Shown in pieces: positions 48,987 through 63,744 of a stretch of DNA of 64,000 bases (the first letter of the stretch is position 1; each line of letters starts with the position of its first letter). The translations under genes and the position numbers were made by a program. The stretch comes from Hydrolagus colliei (taxonomy: Eukaryota): NCBI GenBank assembly GCA_035084275.1, contig CM068749.1, forward strand, positions 23,126,001 through 23,190,000. The letters run 5' to 3'. The notes under the pieces are model-generated. The model did no database searches, was not told where the DNA came from, and worked only from the letters and a program-made list of their open reading frames with translations.

Positions 48987-51900
48987 TGAGTGAGTGAATG
49001 ACAGAGAGAATGGGAGAAATGCAAAAAGGTGAGAATGTCAGGAATGTATTCTATGCAACTGTGATGATCATGTGAGAAATGTAAATCTATTCAACATCTT
49101 GTCCTTCTAGTATTTTGGGAGCAATATCACAGGATTCTTTGAGTGGCTGGATAATAGAGTTTTAGAGAGGCAATAGTAAAATAAGACTCTTCATCACATT
49201 TTTCAGAAAATGTCTAAAAATTCCAATTCATAATTCTTATGTATTTTAGGCTGACTAACAAATCTCATTAGAGGCTCAAATTGGAAACTGATTTTTTTAT
49301 TTTTAAAACACCTAGAACTGAGGTTGACCGGATACATAACTTGCGTTTGCCTTAAATTGCAAGCGAGTTCTGATCAGGCTCAACGAGTGGCGATATTGAT
49401 TAGATCTAACTGCTGCCCATGGTTGATTGTATTTATAGAACACTATTCCATTTAAATTTCAGATATAATTTTACAATGCATTCATGTTTTTACAACCTTA
49501 CAAGTGCAGAGATAACAAATAACAGTGTCACACGTCTAGTGTAGAGGGCTGAGAATACATCATGGCATGGTAGGGTGTTGGCTCCATAGCATGATGGGTT
49601 GCAGAGTATTTAGAGTCAATTATCTTTTCCCTGCGAGGGGTGGTGGGGGGTGAAAAGGAGGGGGCAAAAACAGAGTTGGCAAGTTATTTTCCCTTTCTTT
49701 TTAATTAGTTGGATACAGATTGATGTTGGCAAAGGCATATTGTCCCCACACATTTGACAGTACATCATCCAAGTAAATCCTGAAAGAATGATGGAATAAA
49801 GAGATTGAGTGAATTTAAAGAAAATAAACATTTTTTTTAAAAATTGCGCTGTTGAGTTTTCAGGTAAATAGTGACTGAATTGTGAGACATGAATAAAACA
49901 CAAAAGATATAACACGAGAAGCAACTTCACTTTGAGACGGGATCTGAAATGATACACACACAACTGAGTGTGAGCTTTGGTTTGTCACCAGAGTAGAAAT
50001 GTAAAAAGATTTTATATCCCACAATTTGTGAAATCCTCTGTTAGCATATTGCTGGTGTACTGTGCAATTTTAAAAATATCAATTACAGGAAAACACTTGA
50101 TGGTCTTTTAACATTTTGTTTATTTTACGCAGGCAACCGAGAGTAAAGTACTATTTTCTCGTGTCATGTTCTGATTTTTATCTCTGTAGTTCTGGGACTG
50201 CAGACATGCTGTAGATAAATGAAGAATACCAGCCAGCAGCAGTGTGATATGCTAAATGCCTTTGCAAGTGAGGGTGACTGGATAATACAGAACCAACAAT
50301 GTAGCAAGTGGCTTACAGTCAGCCTCACAAGTGAGAGTATTTATCATATCACGTTTCTGCCCAATGACATTTTTGATTACTAATGCTGGTACCATGTTTT
50401 CAAACGCAAAATTATTTTTTAAGGGATATTTGGTTTATTTTGATTTAGGTCAAGAAAATCAATGGGAGCCGTTTATTGGTGTCACTTTAGCCGTAGAAAT
50501 CTGCTTTTCTAAACAATTTTGGAAAAAGGAGGAACGCATGATGAAAGAATGATAAATGTGCGAGTGCGAGAGCCAGGCAACGTGATTTGAACAAGTAGAG
50601 AGACAGTGTTAGGAGAAGTGAGAGAACTCAAGAAAGAAAGCAAAGAAGCATTTGGGGGTGGGGAGTAGACAGAAAGAGTTTAATTATATTCTCTAATACC
50701 ACCTGTACAAGAAAAACCTGAAAAGTGTACTGAATTCTAAAGAGAGCTGTTGATTTTGAAAATACAGCAACATTTAACAGACGATTAGTTTTTCAAGTAA
50801 AGGTAGAATACAATGAGCCTTGTGTAGCCAGTGCTTTTACTGTTAATTGGTAGCAAAGCAGCCGAGAAAAATGCTATTAATGTTCAGTAATCACTGGGCC
50901 AAGTAATAGTAATCGCTGTTTAGGGGCAATCTTATTACTATGTAACTGAGGGCCTGATTACTCTATTAGCCTCTTCTACCCATTCTCCTAAAGCTTGCAC
51001 AGAAATCAAATTATGACATGAATGACAATGTAAATCATTCGTCTCTACCATAATGGACATAAAAAATTTGCCAAAGGGTCATGCAAAGTTCACACCAGTT
51101 AATGAAAGTGGCACTGAGGTAATAGCTTCAACAGGGGGGTGCGATTGGAGCTCAGTGTCTCAGCATCTGTGCTTGTTAAGGCCTCAGCTGTCTAGTCACT
51201 TGATTGACTGCATATTCAATATCTACTCATCTTTATGTGTCATACTGCAGATTCACCAAATAATGTATCTCATAAAAGAAGGTGAATGCTTCCCCAAACC
51301 TGTGGGAGAGACAGGGGAGAGATTTTAATCAGTGTCACTCTTTTGACGACAGCATCTCTCCGAGTTGACTCTTACAGGGCTAGCGTGCGCAGTGTATTAA
51401 GCAGCGAGGAGAAGTGCTTTTTTTTCCCCCCTCCTTCTTCCAATTCAGCTTTTCATTTATTTAGTTCCCTTTGCATTTTCATCTCTTACCTCAGACAGGG
51501 AAGGCTCACTCAAAGACATACATGGGACTTGGCAGCTTGTTCCATGCTGTTTTTTAACATGACAAATGACCTCAGGAAAAATTCCCTGCAAGATTTATCC
51601 TCTACCCCCACCCCTCCCCCTTCTCCCATAAATTTGATTTTTGATTTGTTTTCTCTCCTTTGCCAGTGCAAGTTTCTATTACTATCGCTTATGCTGGTTC
51701 AGAATTGAATTACCAAGCCGGCTAAGGCTTGCATGCTACATGGAACAAGGTAAAATATCAGAAAAGAGATTCTTTAAACGAATGTCAATTGCCCGCGAAC
51801 ACAATTTCATCATTGCTCAATTAATATTCAGAGGTCTGCAGTGGGACTTATAGTCTTTTTGTAATGGTAAAGAGAGAAGATGCACTTTGCTCCCGCCTGA

Positions 51901-52935
51901 TAGTCCTGCCTTAGATATATATGCAGTTGGTCACCTTTTAGTGCTTCAATAAATGGATTTGTACTCATTAGAAAAAGCATGAAGCTGATTATCAAGGTAT
52001 TACAGCATAGTGACCTGTTCCACTTGGTCTGGAGTTGAGAATAAATTCCATGCAGGGGGTAGTACACAATCCAGTGGCATTTGAGCTAGATACAATGTAA
52101 ATAAATCTTGTAAAAATACATTTTGAAAAACAGGAGTAAATTCTGAATTTTTTGAATGATCTTAAAGGGTAATTGTAATGGCTTGAATATTGTCGGAGAG
52201 TTCCTGTGAGTAGGGACAAAATATTTCTGGTTTCCTATCTGAGGGATCCTATCATAAATTGTCACATTACTAGACCTGGGTGCCTGCCTGCCTGTCTCAA
52301 TGCCTGATTCAACCACTAACACATAATCTGTTGAGTTGATGCAGGATTGTTTGGTGTGGCGAGGCAGCTTAAATCCACTGTTTGTCCTTTCCAAACTGGA
52401 GGCGATATCCCATCATATCCAGCGGTACAAGTGGAGCGTTAGTCTTATTGTTAACTATCCAGAGAGAATGCGTACCACTTGTTCCATTACAATGAAAACT
52501 GTTGTAAGAGTAGGGAGGCTTTCCACAATACATCACCATGTTGGCCTTATAGTGATATTGTCACAACAATTGTGTCTCCTACGATGATATCATTGTGGCA
52601 CGGAGGACTTGTATTAGACTGATTTTGTATACTATACGACACTTTCAAAATCCCTTTTGCTTCAAAATAAAAACAATAATGTCAATAAGATGTGAAAAGC
52701 GCTATATCAAACGCAAGGATTATTATTGTGATGATTAAAGCACTTCACGGGATATTATTGTAAACTGAACTGAATGTATATTTTATATGCAAAATGATCC
52801 ATACTGAAACTGGTAGCAAACCAAATGGAGTAATTTCATTTGATCTGATTTGTCTGCACAATACTGTGTACCAATACCAAGCATGTTTATTGGAAAAGGA
52901 ATTAAAACAGTTTACCAATATCTGTACATATTCAT

Positions 52936-53100
52936 AATAATAATAATCCTTCCATTTGATATAGCACTTTTCATATCTCAAAGCACTTCACAGAATATAC
53001 CGTAAAGTGAATTGACTTTTTTTTGTAGGCGAAATGGGGCAGCCAATTGCAAACAGTGCTATCCCACAAACAGTCGTGGATGGAGTGACCAAATTATTAT
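52936..53100 (-). mobile_element. SINE family A 3' half
   Basis: aataatccttccatttgatatagcac...cccacaaacagtcgtggat. Confidence 0.82.
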
Positions 53101-53772
53101 TCATTTATTTTATATTATCCCATTATGTGGATGTATATATCTTTTGTTGAGGTGATGATTTCTGTTTCTATCCACATTGGAGTCTAATTTGCTGTATTTC
53201 TTAATGGGATTCCTGATTAAGAAACTTGCATGCAACATGTGGGAACTCACTTCAGCCACTTGTGGATTGGGAGGAGTCTTCATTTGTGAACTCTGAATCC
53301 TTATTGAGAAATAAATCCTACCAAGAAATACCATAAATGAGACCCGGATTTATTCAGTTCATGTATTATCCTTTTATGCATATTTTAGAAACAAATAATA
53401 GCTTGGATTAGAAACAAACACAGCGATACTGGACAATCAGCTACAATAAGAGTATAGGAATCCCACAGGATCTCAAAGCTATCAGTGTAGCATAATGTGT
53501 GATTTCTGTTAACTTGTTATTTTGTACTGCTGCAACTCATTAATGAAAACCTGAGACCATTTTAAATGTCGTTCTCACATTGATTAGTGTGTGGGTGGAC
53601 AGTTAATTTGTGACCACTAGACTTCTCCGCATAAACCACTGATACCATTTTGGGTTCTAAAGGCTGTTGTGCTACCCTGAACAAACCTATAGGTTTTCTG
53701 TTTGCATTTGGTATGATGATGGTGAAAATAATAATAATAATGAACAATAATAAGTATGACATTCAGTATGAC

Positions 53773-54113
53773 AATAATAATCCTTGCATTTGATACAACG
53801 GCTTTTCACATCTTATCGATGTCCCAAAGCGCTTAATAGAATATACTGCAAAGTGAATTAACTGTATATTTGTGGGCGAATTGCAATTGCGCACAGCAGT
53901 GTCCCACAAACAGTCGTGGATTGAAAATGACCAATTTTATTATTGTGGTTTTTTTGGACGGATTGTTATTCGGCATGTGGAGTAAGGAAACTTGCCCAAG
54001 GTTTCGCCCTGAGCTGCCTGGATTCAAACACAGGTCTCCCCAGCTTGGTCTTCCCAACTTGGTCTTCCCAGCTTGCAAGACAAGTGCTCTAATCACTAAG
54101 CCACAGGAGCTCC
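53773..54113 (-). mobile_element. Full-length SINE family A with a 14-nt triplication in the tRNA head
   Basis: Reverse complement of 37681-38017; ggtctccccagctt / ggtcttcccaactt / ggtcttcccagctt repeated at 54033-54074. Confidence 0.9.
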
Positions 54114-54139
54114 ACATTCATTTATTTTATATTATCCCA

Positions 54140-54425
54140 ATATAATCACGTCTTCAAGACATCTCAAGCGCTTCACAGCGTACACTGTAAAGTGAATTAA
54201 CTATATTTTATGGGTGGAATGTGGCAGCTAGTTGCGCACAGCAGTGTCCTACACACAGTCGTGGATTGAGTGACCAAATTATTATTTTGAAGAGTTTATT
54301 ATCCCAGAGAAACAATCTGCCAATCAGCTAATAACCAGGTTCCTACTTACTGATATATAAACAGTGGAGCTTGGAGTAAGGAAACTTACCCAACGTTTCG
54401 CCCCACCCGGGAATCATACCCAGGT
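54140..54425 (-). mobile_element. SINE family A variant with a different central segment
   Basis: Family A tail and body plus ggagtaaggaaacttacccaa, separated by a distinct block containing ttactgatatataaacagt (also at 31924-31942). Confidence 0.7.
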
Positions 54426-55413
54426 GAACAATGTCAATGTTTTCAGTCCTTCAGTCGCATCCACCTAACCTCCCGCCAACATTCCAGTGATTAAGGAAAG
54501 CTGAGCCAAGTCTGACAGCTGGCCACCAGCAACCAATGGCTTCATTCACATCAAATCTCCCAGGTCTTACAAAACACATGCATACACACATTCTATTTTG
54601 GAGATGAACACTGCAGAAACTGATCAGGTGATTAGCAATAAAAAATTTTTAACAGGGATTTGTATGTGCATATTCCTGTCATTTTTATGAGGTCATTTAC
54701 TCAAGTAGACACTGAAAGCCTCAGTAAATCCTCTGGGGCTTACAGTAGATTTTTTTTACACACCCAATCTTGTGGAGATATGACTTGAGGCCATATTTTA
54801 GAATGTCCGACCATAGTAAAATATCCCCCACTCCCACTTGATACATGGACATATGCATTGTACTGCTGTGAGAGCGATTTATGCTGATTTTTTTTAATGC
54901 TGAGCTGGCCAGATTTCATACCTTGAGATCTGCCAGATATATTCGAAGGATCGTCCAAAGTTTCACAATTGCTACTGTGGTGGCTATGGTCACACTCTCC
55001 CTATTGATTGCTTCAATGGTGGCCTTCAAGCAAGCTTTTTTCTCCTTCATTGCGATCACTCTTTGGTTAAAGCATGTCATATGTAGCATACATTACACTT
55101 ATGGTGCACAGAACCCAAGCTGCAGGTTTCACAATGCTCAGCCCTAGGGACTGGTTTTCATGAGCAATATCTATATTGCTGGGTCTACAGCTGTTTTGCC
55201 CCCCAAACTAATGTTTAGATGTTTCTGGTTTAACCACTGTGGCCCACAGCACTCTGCAGTGACCCCAGGGTTCCACTAGTGCAGCTGGGCCAATCTTTTA
55301 TGTGTTTGTTGGTTGAGCTAGGTTTGCCCTTCTATTAATTTATTACAGGTTGTGATCGTGTATGCTGTTTCGCAAATGGATTCCTATTCATCATCAGAAA
55401 GGGCACACTCTAG

Positions 55414-55436
55414 ATCTCTCTCTCTCTCTCTCTCTC
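55414..55436 (+). repeat. (TC)n microsatellite
   Basis: Direct inspection. Confidence 0.9.
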
Positions 55437-56294
55437 AGGGTATTTTGCTGAGCCGTGCTCTTTGAGAACCAGAAATGATTGCTTATCCTTATGAAACTAA
55501 TTTCTAGAGCTGTGGGTGGTTGGGTAGCCCAGTTAGTCTCATCAGATCAGAAGTATTTTATTTGCAATTACCAATGTAGCTTTTGTAGTGGGTCGAGCTG
55601 GATTGTCAGTTGAAGTCACTGAAGGATTTATCAGCTCCTATTGTTGATGAGCTGCAACAGTCTGTATAAGTCAGGACTGGAAGCCCCTCCTAAGGTTCCA
55701 GGTGGGAGGTCAAAGGGTAAAAGTAACAGCCACAAAACTACATACCCAGACCATGCTGCTTGACACCTGGGAGGCTGTTTGAATTTGGTATTTTCCTTTG
55801 TTGAGAATTCGCTGCCTTGGCATTCACGATTTGCCAGCCGACAAAGAGAACCACAGTCCCAGAGACTGGATTTAGCGAACCAGAAGTGGTAATTAATATA
55901 ACAAATCGGGTTTCTGACTATCAACCAAGAAGTGATTCGCTCCAAATCATTTACGACTCTGAACAGCAGGGATCCAGAACTGTACCAGCCTCTCTCTCCA
56001 GATAGAGCTGTTTCCATGTACCATCACCTTTTGAAATTAGTATTTGATCCAACTGATTAATTTGCTGTACTTCCGTGAGCTTTAAGCTTCATTAAAATCT
56101 CTACCTAGCCATAATTAAACAAAAGAACAGTTATTCTTGGGTCGGAGTTACAAGATCTTTCATGTAACTACACAGAATGTACAGCACTCGCTTCCAATTC
56201 TCAGCCCATGAATGACAGCCGATTCTCCTACTTTACTGTCCCAATTGCTGTTAAATCACCTTTGGTGTTCACTCAGACTCCAAATGTTTGTTGG

Positions 56295-56416
56295 GTCAGG
56301 GTATCAATGGATGTGGGGCAAGGGCAGGTAATTGGAGTTGAGATACAAATCAGCGGTGATGTTATAGAATGGTGAAATAGGCTCAAGGGCTAAATGACCT
56401 TCTCCTGTTTCTATGT
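56295..56416 (+). mobile_element. CR1-type 3'UTR fragment
   Basis: ggggcaagggcaggtaattggagttgag...ggctcaagggctaaatgaccttctcctgtttctatgt, typical of shark CR1/HER1-like ends. Confidence 0.65.
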
Positions 56417-57974
56417 AGACCCCGCCTTGCATATCAGATTACGCTTTGTTCACTAACCGTTACATTGAGATTGGAAATGATTCAGGGAACAGCTAGGAAA
56501 GGCATATATATCAAAAGCCTGGATACCGGACAGTTGTAACAGTGGTATATTGAAATGACTGTTGTGGGGGTGTATAGCTGAGGTGGGGAAAAGTGGAGCT
56601 AGTCTAGGAAACTATGTCAGAGGTGTAGGTGGAATTGGGAATGGTGTTTAAATGGAATTTGAAAATGGTGTGGAGGGATATATTGTAGGTGGCATAGAAT
56701 GATGAATTCTCACTGTATTTCCCTGTCTGGGTTGGCCATCTCCTTCAATCCACTTTAGTTTGATTTGGGAGAATAGAACACTTCCGGCTCACCAACTTTC
56801 CCCCCATGCTACCCCCTGAGTGCTGGTATGCCAGTCTTTATGGTTTTCAAAGGGACCAAACGATGATGACTTCTATCCTTCTCACTGCTTTGATTGTACA
56901 TCTCGGCACCATGACCAGCATGAGAACTAAATGTTCCTCCCCCATTTCCTCCAGCATCGCTGATGCGATGAGACACTAGAGCAGGCAGCCCTGGGTCTCT
57001 GTGTTTGTGACCATCTGGCAGGAGAGGCAGGCACTCGGCTGCTTGTGCTATCAAGCTACTAGAGTTGCTAATGTTTTGTGTTATTTTAGTGTCACAGTCT
57101 GTGTTTTTTTTACAATGCAAAGCCACTAATCTAGTTCCAGCTGTTGTGGTATAACTTCCAGCCCCTCTGTTCACGTCCAAGAATGGCTGATTTGTTATTT
57201 GTGTACATTAATATTGTCTGAGTGCCAAGAATAGAATTGGTGCTCAGACTGGATTGCTAATGAAAACCTTACATGAAACATTGCCAGGAGACAGAGATAA
57301 GTTAATATAGCGGTGCGTCTGAGCTGCACTAGGCTAGTGGAACTAATACTCCCGTGTGGAAGCTGCAGGTGTGTCTGAAAGAAAGAAAAAAAACTGAAAC
57401 AAAATGCTTCCCTTCAACCTGATTTCTATCTCGGTCCGAAAAAATTACAAGGTGGATTCATGTATTATTACAGATTACATATACCATGACCTTTATTTTG
57501 ATAGCCGACATACGTCATGGTTAGTACCATGAGTAAAGATCGATTTTAGTTTGCCACACTTAATGACATCTGTTTCATTGTACTCTTGCTCTGCCAATCA
57601 TTATCCTAAGAACATGAGACCAGTGGTAAACTTTACGAGATTATACTTTTGGAATGATGAATCTGATAATTGGGATTCAAGAGAAAAGTGTTTAAAATAA
57701 GCATTTCAAAAAAATTGTGGTACAGTTCATTAAAATAAGGAAGCTTATCAATATTATTAAAATGTGATCAGACCTAGAGCCATGCTACAGCATGCCAATT
57801 AACATGCTTAGAACACACTGCCATTATGTGATATGTTTCCAATAATTGCAAACTTGGTTATTTTACTGGAGAGTAACAAAATACTGTAGGACCTAGTTAA
57901 ATACCAGGTTATAAAGACAGATGTGCGTGGACACACAGTTGGATGTGGAGCATTTGGGTTTATTGACAGAATCC

Positions 57975-58220
57975 AAGGTGTTGTCCTTCAGATGAGATGT
58001 TAAACCAGGGTCCCATCTGCCTGTTCAAACAGGCATTGAAGATTTCTTCAAAAAAAGAAGGGAGTTTCAGTTAAAAATTGGTTTATTATCTCATGGCTGT
58101 TTGTGGAACCTCAATGTGCACAATATGGCTGCCATGTTTGTCTCCAACACACAAAAGTAATTGCTACAAAATGCTTTGAGACATTTTGATGCAAAGCACT
58201 GAAAATGCAATATCTTCCCT
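57975..58220 (+). mobile_element. Deu-domain SINE relic
   Basis: gtccttcagatgagatgttaaaccagggtcccatctgcctgttca is the Deu core; then gctgtttgtgg...ggctgccatgttt and a decayed L2-type tail. Confidence 0.7.
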
Positions 58221-61200
58221 TTTCTATATATATAGTATAATGAACATATAGAAGTGAGATTAATTTTGCATTCGGAGGGTGGATTATTCACTTTATTCTA
58301 CATACTGTATTATAAAGCAGTGATCTGTTTTTTTCAACGGTAAAAAAAAATGTTCTTTATGCTTGAGAATTCGAATTTGCTTTTGTTTCCTTTAACTAAC
58401 AGCACTTGGCTTGTAACAGATGCTGCAGAAGTGGTTTACATAAAAATTACAGGTAACAGATATTTTAGTCACTGTTCTTTTTAATCTCCCTAATATCTGT
58501 AACAGCCATTTGAACATATCTTCCTACAAATTGGAAGGATATAGGCGTTTGTGGCCCTGAATCTCTGCATAGTGAGTTCCAAACCTCAGCTGAGCTGGCT
58601 GACAGAGCGGCTAGAGTGGAGGATAAATTCTTTCCCATAGTGTAAGAAGGGCAGAGTTGATAGCTGAGTCAATGCGTGCCTCTCTCAGCCTCTCTGTAGT
58701 GCCCAGAAATCAGATCATCCGATGTTGAGAGAGGCCTGGGAGCAAGTCACCTCCCTGACCTTCCTGTCAGGAAATGATGCATAGTGTAGGGAGACTGAAA
58801 ATAACGGGGGAAAAATAAATAAAATATAAGGGTGGGGAATAAATCAGAAATACTGAAGTTTGTTTCTTGGGACTTACCAAAAGCCATTATTACAATTTCG
58901 AACCATTACTACATTTTGAAAGCGCAGTTTGCTATCAGATGAACCTGTGACCTCATAAGAAAACAAGTACCTTGTGACAAATTAGCTGATAGCAAATGAG
59001 AAGTTGTGTGTATATGGGAAACTTTTACCTCATCGGTGATTGCTGATGCATGAAGCAGAGGAAAAGCCTGAGACAAATGGGGGCTTCATTATTCATTATT
59101 GCTGGTCACCTCAGCATCTTGTTCACTGACTCATCCATAAAAATGAAATAAATCCTTTAAACTGTCTTTAGGGTCTAACTGTGGAACAAAATAGTTTTCG
59201 AACAGAATTGAAATTTGAAATGACAGACCAAGTGGCCAGAATTCTAATTCTGTTCAGAAATGTTCAATAAGACACAATTCAAATCCCAAATGTAATGTCC
59301 TGGTCTGACTATTTTGGAGATAGCTACTTGCAGTATAGATACAGATTTGTCAATAATATGAAAGCATTCAACTCCCTTTCTTAGTCGATGAACAATTTCA
59401 GCAATGATTGCAGTTTAAAGCATGTCACAAAGCGTGTGTCTTCGTACCGGGTTTTGGAAATGTATTGTGAAGGTGTAAATAAAACACAAAGATTTATTTC
59501 CCTGTTACACAACACAGTGTGTGTTGTACTTTGCAGAGGTCAAAAAGGCAAAGTTTCACCAAAGGGTGAATTCACACTGGGACCAATATCTTAGGGTCAA
59601 ACCTCTAACAACTACAGTAACAGAGTTAGCAACCTGCCTCAGAGGTCTGTGCAAACAGCACTAACTAAACCAATTAATGCCACCTAATCATCTCTGATAG
59701 ACGGTGGCAAGTCCTTAATATTTTGTCAGGCAGTGTGGCCTTGCCAGTAGGTTATTCTTCAAATGGCTAATGCTATAGTCCTAACCAAATTAACCTCTGC
59801 CTGAATGGGGTGAGAGGGAGGTTGTTTGCCGGGTGACTGCACCTTAGGGCCGAAGGAAAGAAAATAAAATTGGGCTCAAATTTGATCAGGGACCCCTGCA
59901 TGCACCCAAATGCACACATACACAAAATATTGTCAAGCAAGTCTTAAGAAGCACACGTTAATCACTTGCTCCTTTACCGAGAACAGCTTTCCCAAATGAT
60001 AAACACAAGTACGAGAAATTTGATCAGTAAATGAACCTGACGTGCTATAAACTGCAAAAAAAACTTGTGTCAAAATAAGTCCAAATTCAGTTCCGTATTT
60101 CAACTGTCTTCATCACTTTAACAAGCAGAGAAGTGAGTGATTTTAGTACAGATTTACTCTCTTTTGTTTTAATGTATTGTGCTCTCTCCCCATGCTTCTT
60201 ACTTCTTACATGCTTCTTCCAGTGCCTTGGGGCATCCTTCTGATGTGAAAGGTGCTATACAAGTGTAATTGTGTTGTTGTTGTTGTTACTGTTCCTTGGC
60301 TGAGAGAGAGAAAGTAAGCAACCTATTTCTAAGGTATGTGACAATGGGACTCATGAGCTAGCTCCCAGGAAGTGCTCAAGAGAAAAATTCTCTCTCAAAT
60401 TGTTCAAGCTCCCTGCCTATGTAGCATGGCTGAGATTATATTCCACTGTCTTGTAAATGAGCCTTCAGAAAACACTCAAATGGGGTTACGAAAACCTGAA
60501 CCGGGTGGCCTTCACCAGTGCTTTGTATGGAGACGCAGGCTTGTGTATTTATGGGCACTATACCATTAAAAGGACGATTAAATACTGAAGAGAATTCAGA
60601 AGCAACAATAAGAAATTGCTTTTATATAGCACCACTCACATCGGGAGGAGGCCTCAAGATGGTGAAAGAGTTAATCGACACGGCATAAGCTTCTGTTGTC
60701 GTGTGTCTGCAAAGAACAACAAGTAGGCCGAGAGATCTAAGATCTTATTTTCATTAGATAAAATAATTAGGGGAGGGCAGAATTAGGGCCTGTATTACGT
60801 ACAGTACATTACAGCATTCAAAAAAAATTGTGAGTAGGTCTACAAGGCATAATCCTTCAGCGGAAGTGGTGATCAGAACATTGTGTTCCCATCACAAACT
60901 AATGGATATTAGCAGCAGACACAACAACAGCTCATATACTGCGTCAATTAACTCCTTCAAAAGATAAGTGTCTGCTTAAGAAGGGTGCATGTAACTGAGC
61001 AAATAATCTCCGCATACAGTGCTGCTGGAATGGAAGGGGAATATTGTCTGTGATATTAGATTTGAATAGCAAACAGGTGGATGTGGGGTTTGGGGTTTTA
61101 GGGTATTTTAGGATTTTTGCTCAATTGCCTTTGGGGATCGGGAAGTACTTTGCCGCTGGAAATGATTCAAGCACTTCCCCACGTGAAGGGGTAATTAAAG

Positions 61201-63744
61201 TTGTTGTTGATTAGTGGGGCAAATCCACACATTTCCCATGATGTAGACCTTTGCAAGACAGTTGGACCACAAGCAGGACCACACAATGCCTCAGGCTGTT
61301 ATTGTGCCATTGGCCACTGGGAAGTGCAGGAAAGAAGCTCGCCGAGCACTGTGTCTGATGTTCCCTCTCTACTGGTGAGCAAATGTACGGCCCAGGTTCT
61401 ACACCTCCTCAAGGTTGAATAAGATCAAGGACTCAGCAGCGAGTGGAGTATCACAGCAACAAATCATAATTCTTCATGATTCAAATCAACTAATATTGCT
61501 GCTCGAGTTTGCCTTTTGTTTATTTAAGTCCTGAATAAAGGCAGGATATTTATATGGGGTTTGGGAAGAGACCTCTGTTGACTACTAAGGGTAGCCCATG
61601 GCTGTGTGTGTGCACAGTGGTCTGAATGGTATCCTTCAGTGCCGTAACGTGCTATGACTACGAGGGAAGAAGGTTGAAGTGCATTTCGAACATGATATTG
61701 TATTAATCTGGCTTTGGGGTGTGCAGTGTTAAAAACATTTCTAACTATGTCTCTTCAAGAATGAAACAGATTGCCGACCAGTCTGCCTTTAACAGGTCGT
61801 ATCCATCAAAAACACTTACAGTGTCCATAAATACAAAACCACTGATAGCTTTTTAAATGTATCGGCTGCTGCCTGTTTCAAATGAGACATCAGTTGCTAA
61901 CCAGAATTCCTGAACGCTATGTGGGGAAATGCTTCTCTGTCTTTCTTAGCATTTTTTATTAAAACCCTTCTCCTCAAATCCGATTGATTCAGATGGCCGC
62001 ACTTGTGCCTTAATTTGATTTGAATTTTTGTTGTTGTTCACGGGGAAGCCCAGGGGGCAGGTCAAGTTACCACATATCAGTTTGAAATGAAGCAGTTTTT
62101 CAACAGAATTCAGGATCTAAACGGGATAAGGCAAAACAATTCAAATTGGTTCAAGAATTAAAACAGGCAGTGAGTACTCCATACGGTTCATGTTTGATTG
62201 TATCACTGAACGAAGAAGCAAATTGCTCAGTGTTGGAATGAAGTGAACATCCCAAACATATCTTGGGAGATTGGTGCTATCAAGTTTTAGGCAGTTAAAT
62301 GCACTTTTAGAACTCGTATTTTTGTGGGAACAGAGTGGTGAATAATATACTATACATCAACAACAAAATTACATTTCTATAGCGCCTTTCACGTCGGGAG
62401 GATGTCCCAAGACACTACATCTTTATGTGAGTTGTATTACAAACATTACTGAACAAAACATTGTCTAATTTAGTTTATGCTTGACAGTACAGTCATACTG
62501 CATTTCACCACATTGATATAGTGTTGGTAGTGTTGAATCTGGCCCTGGATGACTCTCAGGCTGGAATATGAACCGTAGTGCACCAAGAGTGAACGTCTCG
62601 CCAGCTAGTGGCTTCTTATCATAGGATTGCCAATCCAATGAGTATTATATCAATTAGAGGCAGTTTTTTCTGCTGCGTAAATATGGATACTAAATATTGG
62701 TTGGGCTGAGATCATCATCCAAACCTATTTCACTTAGTATTCTTACTGCTCCCAGAGTGGAGGCTTTCATTCTATTAACTGGCGCTACATATAACTCAGG
62801 TTTCAGAGAAGACACTAGTGTTCTACTCTACCGCACTGTTCCATTCCCCTTACGTGTTCTGATCCAGCATTGATATTTTAATAGCCACCTAGGAGTGTGG
62901 GTTTCAGAAGACCTCATAAACCACAAGCTGGGTTTGATTTGTTTATTGGATTCCTGAAAATGGATTGCTGCATTTAAACTAGTTCTGCTCTTTGTAATAT
63001 GCAAATTTTGTATTTTGTCCACCCACGAAATACTTGCTGAAGAAACTTGGAGGCTACAGAGTGTTGTGATTGTAGTTGTCTCGAACTGCGGGAAAAACAT
63101 TTGGAGTGTACTTGTGAGCATAGCACGCAATTCAGACCGTAGTAATACGATATCAATGATTCTGAAACTGCAGTGAAATCTTACCATGTGATTCAAACTG
63201 CAGCGATATGGGCTTTTCTGTGATTGTTTGTTACTGGCAGACAGGAGGCTGGTGCGTATTTATTCCACTTTGATCTCGGATCCACAGTGAGATAATCGAG
63301 AACTGTGTCAAAGTAGTAGTCGTCATGAATTAATATCAGAATGGTTCAGAAGATGGGTACCTACCTGACTTTTTTTTTTACACTGCAGTTATTTATTTGT
63401 AGGTGATTGTTTTTCGCCTTGCAGTCATTTTATTTTTATTATGGGTCACAATAATAAGAATATAATTCTATTCTCCCGAACAAAGATATAGCAAAGTAAG
63501 CACTGGCATCAGGTATCTAATGGGATATACAACTATGGAATGGTTGCAATTTCAGAATCCCCTTGTTTTAACATCTATATTGATATATTTTGTTTGTACT
63601 GATAACACACGTATGTCGTGAAAATCAGTGCCTTATCAGCTAGCATCCACACTGATAACCAGCGTTTGCGCTGATTTTCAGTATCTATATTGATCGGAAG
63701 CATCTGCACTGATCACTCATCTACAGACTGAGAGCCATCATTCT

